IMG/VR virus record: IMGVR_UViG_3300049929_000026
Span: 64,001 to 128,000 of that record
Source of the DNA: a virus
DNA: 64,000 nucleotides
Strand: one strand, 5' to 3'
A program made the translations under genes and the position numbers. Of this stretch, positions 58,133-64,000 are shown one piece after another. Position 1 is the first letter of the stretch. Every line of letters begins with the position of its first letter. A model generated the notes under the pieces. That model made no database searches, was not told where the DNA came from, and was given only the letters and a program-made list of their open reading frames with translations.

Positions 58133-58555
58133 TTGCCACCTCCCGGAAACGCATGGTCCGCCGGCTCGCGGCTGGCCTTCCGCTCGCCACAGCCGGCACA
58201 GCCGGCACAGCGTGGGCAGCAGGCGGCGCCGATGCCCTCGACGGCCATGGCGCCTTTGCCCTTGCAGGCTGGGCAGGTGTGGTTTCGTTCCGAGCTACCG
58301 AGCGCGCCTGAGCTCAGAGCGCGCGCGTTGACCGGGAGTTCGACCCGCAGGCAGTCGCAGAAAGCGGAATCGGTGGTGTGCCTGCTCCACGCGCGCAGAC
58401 ACATACGGAGCCGGTGATCGTTCACGACGCCCGCCCGTCTGCTCGACCGAGCAGGTAAGCGTTCGCCGCCAACACCAGGCCGCAAATCACGTCGGCCATG
58501 TGCGAGCCGGGGACGAGCAAACCGATGGCGGAGATAACGAGCCATGGCCATTGGT

Positions 58556-58867
58556 TCATCGGGTCTGCTCCTGGATAGCGATGGCGAGATCAAACAGCTC
58601 AAGGACATCAAAGCGCGTTCGGCCAGGAGCATCGTTCCAGTCACCGATACCGGTGCTGATGCCGGCCACCTTTCGGAGCAAGCAAACAGCCTCGTTAGCG
58701 GCGTCGAATTCGATGACAGCGAGACATGCTCCAGCTGCGCACCAGCAAACGGCGCACCGACTGTCGGATGGCACAGACTCGCCGTCTTGGTCGATAGCAG
58801 CGGCGCCCTGGCACCACCCGGACTCCACCTTGGCTCGTGCCGCTTTGAGGATTTCGAGAGCAGTCAC
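58556..58867 (-). CDS. hypothetical protein (paralog of 62380-62709)
   Basis: GWCQG...CWC..GA...WND.PGRT..DVLELFD. Confidence 0.6.
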   Translation of the reverse strand: MTALEILKAARAKVESGWCQGAAAIDQDGESVPSDSRCAVCWCAAGACLAVIEFDAANEAVCLLRKVAGISTGIGDWNDAPGRTRFDVLELFDLAIAIQEQTR

Positions 58868-59616
58868 TTGCCACCTCCCGCTTCCGGCCACTCTTTGGCT
58901 GCGCCTATTCCCGCGATGAACAGCGCCGGAAGCTCACTGACAGACAGCTCACGCATCGGCATGATCACAATCCGCCACTCGCGCGAGTCGTCCTCCAGAA
59001 CCACCGGCTCGAGCTGACTCGAATAGCCGATCGCGATTTGCTCTGGCCGGAGTTGGCCTAGCGCCCGCTTGAGCAGATTGCGGTCGACAGCAACGCCGGG
59101 CGCGACCTGCCCAGGTTTCGGCTCCGGCCGATTCGTTTTGTCGCCCTCGCAGCCAATGCAGCCGCCCAGGGAACCGTTACCCGAACAATCCGGGCAGTCC
59201 TTCTTGTGCCCACATTCGCCGCACTCGACCTGCCCATGTCCGGCACATCGCTCGCACTTGGTCGGCTCCGGGGCGGCCCCGTTGCACCTTCGGCAAACGA
59301 CCGACAGTTCGGCGGTTGCGTCCGCAAGGAAGGCGTCGACGCTGGCCCTGGGCGCAATCAGCCGATGGGGCGGCCCCATGGTCAAGTAGGCCGCCACCTG
59401 GGGCGACACGTCGGCTGGCGTCACGAGTCCCGGCTCCGCGCCCTTGAGCGCCAGGATGGCCGTCCCGTCAGTGGCACAGGACCAAGTGTCGCCGTCGATC
59501 TCCAACAGGAACGGGCGCATCATCCATTCGGACCGATATGCGTCCGGCTGAGGAGCGCAGGAGCGAAGCCACTCCAGGCGAGTGGTGACGTGGGGAAGCG
59601 ACGGCTGGGCGCTCAT
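58864..59616 (-). CDS. DnaJ-type zinc-finger protein with beta-clamp-like termini
   Basis: Repeated CxxCxGxG; ATDG near the N-terminus and VIMPMR near the C-terminus. Confidence 0.55.
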   Translation of the reverse strand: MSAQPSLPHVTTRLEWLRSCAPQPDAYRSEWMMRPFLLEIDGDTWSCATDGTAILALKGAEPGLVTPADVSPQVAAYLTMGPPHRLIAPRASVDAFLADATAELSVVCRRCNGAAPEPTKCERCAGHGQVECGECGHKKDCPDCSGNGSLGGCIGCEGDKTNRPEPKPGQVAPGVAVDRNLLKRALGQLRPEQIAIGYSSQLEPVVLEDDSREWRIVIMPMRELSVSELPALFIAGIGAAKEWPEAGGGK

Positions 59617-59739
59617 GACGCCCCTCCGGTGGAGAGCGTGAGGGCGGTGGCTAGGTCGGAGGAATCGACGCCTTGTCCCTCAGACGCCTCGCCCGCCATC
59701 TGCATGGCGGGCCCGCCTGGCTCCGTTCCAACGAATTGC

Positions 59740-59925
59740 CGTTCCCACAAACGTTCCCACAAATGGGGGCCACCTGACGCATTTCCTCGCGCTTCGTCGC
59801 GTTGTTCATCGATAAAAACGCCAATGATCCCCGACACGCCGCTGGGTTGAGGTGCTGCTGGAGAGACCACTAAACCTCGGTAAAACACATCGTTCCCACA
59901 AACGATTTGGGCTCGTTCCCACAAA
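59740..59925. repeat. four CGTTCCCACAAA direct repeats (putative integrase arm sites of attP)
   Basis: Copies at 59740, 59752, 59891 and 59914, downstream of the integrase. Confidence 0.65.
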
Positions 59926-59944
59926 TGGCTTTTCGTAGACTCTC

Positions 59945-60028
59945 GCTCAGGTGGCGGAACTGGCAGACGCACCGCCTTGAGGTGGCGGCGCCGTAACTGG
60001 CGTGGAGGTTCAAATCCTCTCCTGAGCA
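59945..60028 (+). tRNA. tRNA-Leu (anticodon GAG)
   Basis: Acceptor GCTCAGG/CCTGAGC, D-loop TGGCAGACGC, anticodon arm CCGCC-TTGAGGT-GGCGG, long variable arm, T-loop GTTCAAATC; CCA not encoded. Confidence 0.9.
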
Positions 60029-60067
60029 CTGCCCCGGCGGTCCACTGACGACCGCTGGGGCGACGAA

Positions 60068-61237
60068 CTACTCCGTCGGCCCATCGGCAGGCCTGCCTTG
60101 CAGCTGTGGCGGACCCGGCGCAGGCGGCAGCTTGGCCACCCGATCGGACTCGAGCAGGTCCACCGCCGCCCGCTTCGACGGCTTCACGTACCGTGCCGTG
60201 GTCGACATCAGCTTGTGCCCCGCCATGTGCTGGGCCCCCGCAATGTTCTTCGTGTTCTCCAGCCAGTGGGTGATCCGCGCCGACCGCAGGTGGGCTCCCG
60301 CAAACAGGTCGGCCCGGTGCTTGGGCAGGGCATCCAGGACCGCTTTCTTCAGCTGCCCCCGGTAGTCGTGATGGCCGAAAATCACCCCCTGCTTGGGACA
60401 CACGCTGTCCAGTGCCGCCCGCGCCGCCCCCGTCAGCGGAACCTCGCGCTGATAGCGGCTCTTGTCGATGACGACCTCGATCACAATCTCCTGCCGCCCC
60501 TTGCCGTAGTGCTCCGGTACGCTCAGCAAGTCGAGCGTCTCGGGTCGCAAGCTGGTCTCGTAGGCCACGATGAACCGTGCCTGCACCGGGAACGGAGCCA
60601 CCTTCTTGGACTCGCTCCACTCGGGCAGCTTCGCCAAGATCGCCCGCACCTCGTCCGGGCTGATCTCGATGGCCGCCGATCGGCGACGCTTCTCGAAGCG
60701 AGTCCCGGGCACCCGCTTGGGGATCCCTTCGATCGCCATCTTGGTCGGCAGGTACCCCTGGCCCGGCCGAGCCGCCCCGTCGGGGCCGAAGTCGTACAGC
60801 CACGCCGCGAACGAGCGTAGCGCCGAGAGCTCCTTCCTGACCGTGACCGCCAGCACGGCTCTGAGCCGGAGGTTCCGGTACTCGACCGCCGTCTGGTCGT
60901 TGAGGTCGTGAAGCCCCTTGAAAAAGTTCAGCCAGTGGCTCTCGGCGTAGCCCTTCCAGGTCTTGATCGTCGAGAAGTCGTGGGTCGCGGTGAGGAAATA
61001 AAGCCATTGTTCGATCAGGCCTTCAAGAGCTTCGACGTGCTTGGTTGGCTTGGGCTGGGGCTTTGCGACTCGCGAGACGACCTCGGCGTAGAGTCGCGCC
61101 GCTTCACGCGGAGCCAGCTCGGGATCGCTGGTTTCGGTGTTGATGTCGTACTTCTTGCCGGCCCACGTGAAGCGGACCCAGAAGGAGTGGCCTTCTTTGC
61201 GTTGCTTGCACTTCCAACCGCTTGCTGGTCTACCCAT
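60068..61237 (-). CDS. int: tyrosine integrase
   Basis: TSLRPETL (R), HLRS (H..R region) and AGHKLMSTTARY (H, Y). Confidence 0.9.
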   Translation of the reverse strand: MGRPASGWKCKQRKEGHSFWVRFTWAGKKYDINTETSDPELAPREAARLYAEVVSRVAKPQPKPTKHVEALEGLIEQWLYFLTATHDFSTIKTWKGYAESHWLNFFKGLHDLNDQTAVEYRNLRLRAVLAVTVRKELSALRSFAAWLYDFGPDGAARPGQGYLPTKMAIEGIPKRVPGTRFEKRRRSAAIEISPDEVRAILAKLPEWSESKKVAPFPVQARFIVAYETSLRPETLDLLSVPEHYGKGRQEIVIEVVIDKSRYQREVPLTGAARAALDSVCPKQGVIFGHHDYRGQLKKAVLDALPKHRADLFAGAHLRSARITHWLENTKNIAGAQHMAGHKLMSTTARYVKPSKRAAVDLLESDRVAKLPPAPGPPQLQGRPADGPTE

Positions 61238-61383
61238 TGCTCGATTTCCTCGATTCGGAAAAGGAGCCGCCGACCAATGCGAACCGGCGTCAAGCTTGGA
61301 CGCACATGAGCGTCAAACGTGCGGGCGCCAATACGGAGGCGGGTCGCTGCTTCTTCGCGCGTGACGAGAGCGACACTGCTCAC
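61015..61383 (-). CDS. xis: excisionase-like HTH protein
   Basis: VTREEAATRLRIG...VRIGRRLLFRIEEIEQW; its tail overlaps the integrase start. Confidence 0.75.
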   Translation of the reverse strand: MSSVALVTREEAATRLRIGARTFDAHVRPSLTPVRIGRRLLFRIEEIEQWVDQQAVGSASNAKKATPSGSASRGPARSTTSTPKPAIPSWLRVKRRDSTPRSSRESQSPSPSQPSTSKLLKA

Positions 61384-61670
61384 TTGCCCACCTTGCAATC
61401 TTCTGGATACGGATTTTCCGTCGCAGGCTCGTTCTCGGCGTGGCCGCCCCGGGCATCTAACTTGCCGGCCCGGTAGCCACTCTCCCAAGCCCGGTGCGCC
61501 GCCTTTGCTTCGATATCCGCCAGCGCCTGAGCCACTCGCTTCATGCGCTCGTCACCCGCGCCGACTCCACCGCCTTCGTCAATCCAGCGCTGCTCGTGGG
61601 GGCGGGGCCTATCACTCCACACGCATGCGAAGGCAAGGGACCGATGATGCTTTAGGACGGGGGCGCTCAT

Positions 61671-62084
61671 CTACAGTCCCCCATCTTTCGCTCGGAAGTC
61701 AGGTAGCGGGTCTCGGTCGAGCGGGGAGTAGAAATGCAGGCAGTGTTTCGCGAAGTTGTAGTGCTCGTGACGAGCTGGGAGCACCATGACAGCCTTCCGA
61801 TCAACACCAACGAAGGTGTCTTTCACGCGCTGCATGTCAAAGTAGTTCGGGTCCCGATCGCGACGGCTGAACGACACATGAAGCCAGAGAGCATCGTCGA
61901 TGAACTCGACTTCGACGGCTACCTTCAACCCGTCAGTGCTGAGCATCCAGCGGCAATTGTAATAGTCGTTCTCTGCTCCCCATGGGAGCCATCCGGCGGG
62001 GACGATGCGAGGGAACACCTCCGCAAACATATCAACGATCCGTTTCTGCTCGGCCTCGGAACACGAGTTAGCGAAGCGCTTCAA
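61671..62084 (-). CDS. hypothetical phage protein
   Basis: WLHVSFSRRDRDP...MQRVKD.F...LP...HYN...CLH. Confidence 0.6.
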   Translation of the reverse strand: MKRFANSCSEAEQKRIVDMFAEVFPRIVPAGWLPWGAENDYYNCRWMLSTDGLKVAVEVEFIDDALWLHVSFSRRDRDPNYFDMQRVKDTFVGVDRKAVMVLPARHEHYNFAKHCLHFYSPLDRDPLPDFRAKDGGL

Positions 62085-62379
62085 GCGACCCTCCTGATCC
62101 GAGCAAGGTTGTAGAGCCCGATCACCTGCCGCCCCAGCTCCGTCTCAGGCGTTAGTCCTTCGAGCGCCTCACCCAACCGTTCCCACCACATCGCTTCGAG
62201 CTCGGGCGGTGCAAACCCGAGACTATCCTTCACCGAGCGCACAGCGAGCCAGTGCTCGTCGGACTCTGGGATGACCACTGAGAGGTTCTCGCAAAGGTCG
62301 AGGAGGACGGTGCACGCTCCGCGCTCCCGATCGATCAAGCGGCCCGCGGCTCGCGCCGCTGGCTCCCCAGATGCTCGGA

Positions 62380-62709
62380 TCACGGAGCCCTCTCTTCCTG
62401 AGCGATTGCGCGATCGAACAGCTCCAGCACCTCTGTTTGGGTGCGGGCTGGCTCGTCGTTCCAAAACGAAAGCAAGCTAGGTGGGTTCAGCGCCCTAACC
62501 AGAGCGGCGAGGGCACGGTCACCTGTCGCATCGTCTCCGACTGCTGAGGCGTAGATACCTCCGATGGAGCACCAACAGCAGGCTTCCGGCTTGTCTATCC
62601 TCACGACCCGGCCCTCAGAATCGCGGGCAGACGCGCCTTGGCACCAGCCGATCGCGATCTTCGCGCGCGCCCCGCGCAGAACTTCGATCGTCGAGAAATG
62701 GCTCATCAC
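62380..62709 (-). CDS. hypothetical protein (paralog of 58556-58867)
   Basis: GWCQG...CWCSIG...WNDEPARTQTEVLELFD. Confidence 0.6.
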   Translation of the reverse strand: MMSHFSTIEVLRGARAKIAIGWCQGASARDSEGRVVRIDKPEACCWCSIGGIYASAVGDDATGDRALAALVRALNPPSLLSFWNDEPARTQTEVLELFDRAIAQEERAP

Positions 62710-63526
62710 GCCTCCGCCTTAGGCAAGCTCTCAAACCATTCGCGAGAGCAGAAGATCGCGCGGGCCCCGTGATCCACCACTGCGTGAACGATGCCCTCCT
62801 CCGGATTGCGAGAGGGATACGGGAAATGGCTCTTGTGCACCGCGACGCGGTATCCGGCGGCCAATGCCTTCGCCAGTTCTCCGACGACCGGGGTCACTTG
62901 CCGCCTCCGCAATCAATCGAGCAGCCGACGTAGTCGCAGTGATACGCGACCGGCGCGCCTTCGTCTGTGAAGGTCGAGCAGGACATGGCATTGCCCGTTG
63001 ACGCTCGGCAATCACTGAAGCGGGGGTGAATAGCGTGCGCGCGCTCGAAGTCGGTCTCATTTGAGAGAGCGAGCTTGAACTGGAGCGAGTCGACGCTGGC
63101 ATCACTCGCAGCCAGGGTCAGCGGCGCCGGCGCGACATTGGGCGGAGCGTCGGCGCGCTGAGAATGGTTGCGTGAACAGAAGACGCCGAGGGCAAACGCC
63201 GCCCCGGCAAGTAGGGCGGCTACTACGCCCAGATTCGTCGGGCTTATCGGTGCACCACAAACGGTTTTCATTTCTGAACCTCGACGCCCTTCTCGCAGCT
63301 CAGGTCGATGCCGTAGTGGTGACCGTTGACGGTAACCCCGAAGCAGACCGCCCAGAGCAGCACGATACAAACGAGCAAGCCGAGGCATCCGCCGTCGCTT
63401 GATGAGTCGGTCATTTTCCGAACGCTCCAAGCGCAACGGCTGCCGCCAGCACAGAGACCGTGAAGAGGTTGAACAGCGCTAGTTGCACCGCGATGCGCTG
63501 CCAGTAGCGGGCCTGCTCATCTGGTG

Positions 63527-64000
63527 TCACAGGCGTCTCCGAACCTGCGCGAGCAGAGCCACTCGCTTCTGCGCACCATCCCAGAGTCCAGTACACCCGC
63601 GACCGGCGAGCATGTGCCAAAGGCCTAGCTCCGATTTGCATTCGGCAAGCGCACCGAGCTGCAACGCGCGGGCCGCTCGGGCTTGGACGAGCAAGTCGTC
63701 GGATCCCCAAACGTCGGCGTTGTGGGCATTGCGGTGAATTTGATAGGTACCCCAGGCGCGGTGGCGGATAGTGCCGTCCTTGTCTTTGTAGGCGTCGCCC
63801 TGGTGCTCGCTATATTCCGAGCGCGCAACGGCAGCGGATAGCCCCGACTCCATCACGGCTTGGGTGACTAGCCTCGCCGCACACTCCCGATCGTGCTTGC
63901 ACGCCGTGTCGACCGCCACGCCGAATTCTTGCGCGTCGACGAGCTCAACCTTCTTGGAGCCGAAGCGCGGGACTAGAGCCGCGACGCGATCGGCGAGCGT
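63527..64000 (-). CDS. lysozyme/lytic transglycosylase-like protein (5' end outside window)
   Basis: Frame open to 64000; AVMESG and AWGTYQI motifs. Confidence 0.55.
   Translation of the reverse strand, partial: TLADRVAALVPRFGSKKVELVDAQEFGVAVDTACKHDRECAARLVTQAVMESGLSAAVARSEYSEHQGDAYKDKDGTIRHRAWGTYQIHRNAHNADVWGSDDLLVQARAARALQLGALAECKSELGLWHMLAGRGCTGLWDGAQKRVALLAQVRRRL

Noticed and set aside
59740-59925. CGTTCCCACAAA repeats considered as CRISPR repeats
   Set aside because: Only 12 nt, tandem pairs with irregular spacing beside an integrase; they fit arm-type sites.
59613-61007. 464-aa ORF overlapping the integrase and att region
   Set aside because: Low-complexity alternative frame typical of high-GC DNA; crosses the tRNA. 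A Mx8-like attP-in-gene arrangement is not supported because the integrase frame stops at 60068.

Overview
This window is a gene-dense, GC-rich segment of a temperate tailed phage with a contractile tail. Nearly all genes lie on the minus strand. From left to right it holds: a partial tape measure gene, tail tube and sheath, neck, capsid, scaffold, portal and terminase (1-14.4 kb); a regulatory region (14.5-23.3 kb); an SNF2 helicase with an intein; many small accessory genes; two DNA methyltransferases; an ABC/OmpA membrane cassette; a stand-alone TnpB; a replication module (initiator, DnaC-like loader, DnaB); and a tyrosine integrase/excisionase next to a complete tRNA-Leu in a probable attP region. 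Phage genes continue on both sides of the att region, which suggests the non-integrated form. The host is not determined; the DnaB N-terminus looks myxobacterial to me (inference). The most notable feature is a compact type V CRISPR-like module at 18.9-21.7 kb. It has a 541-aa Cas12f1-like protein whose RuvC-I catalytic Asp is replaced by Asn, an upstream 13-nt anti-repeat (putative tracrRNA), a two-repeat/one-spacer mini-array, a protein gene starting directly after the last full repeat, and a third partial repeat. Also notable are about 19 dispersed copies of a 16-bp palindrome (GYKGTCA-NN-TGACMRC) and a dual-frame C5 methyltransferase broken by a 1-nt frameshift. All family assignments come from motif recognition by eye; no database searches were run.
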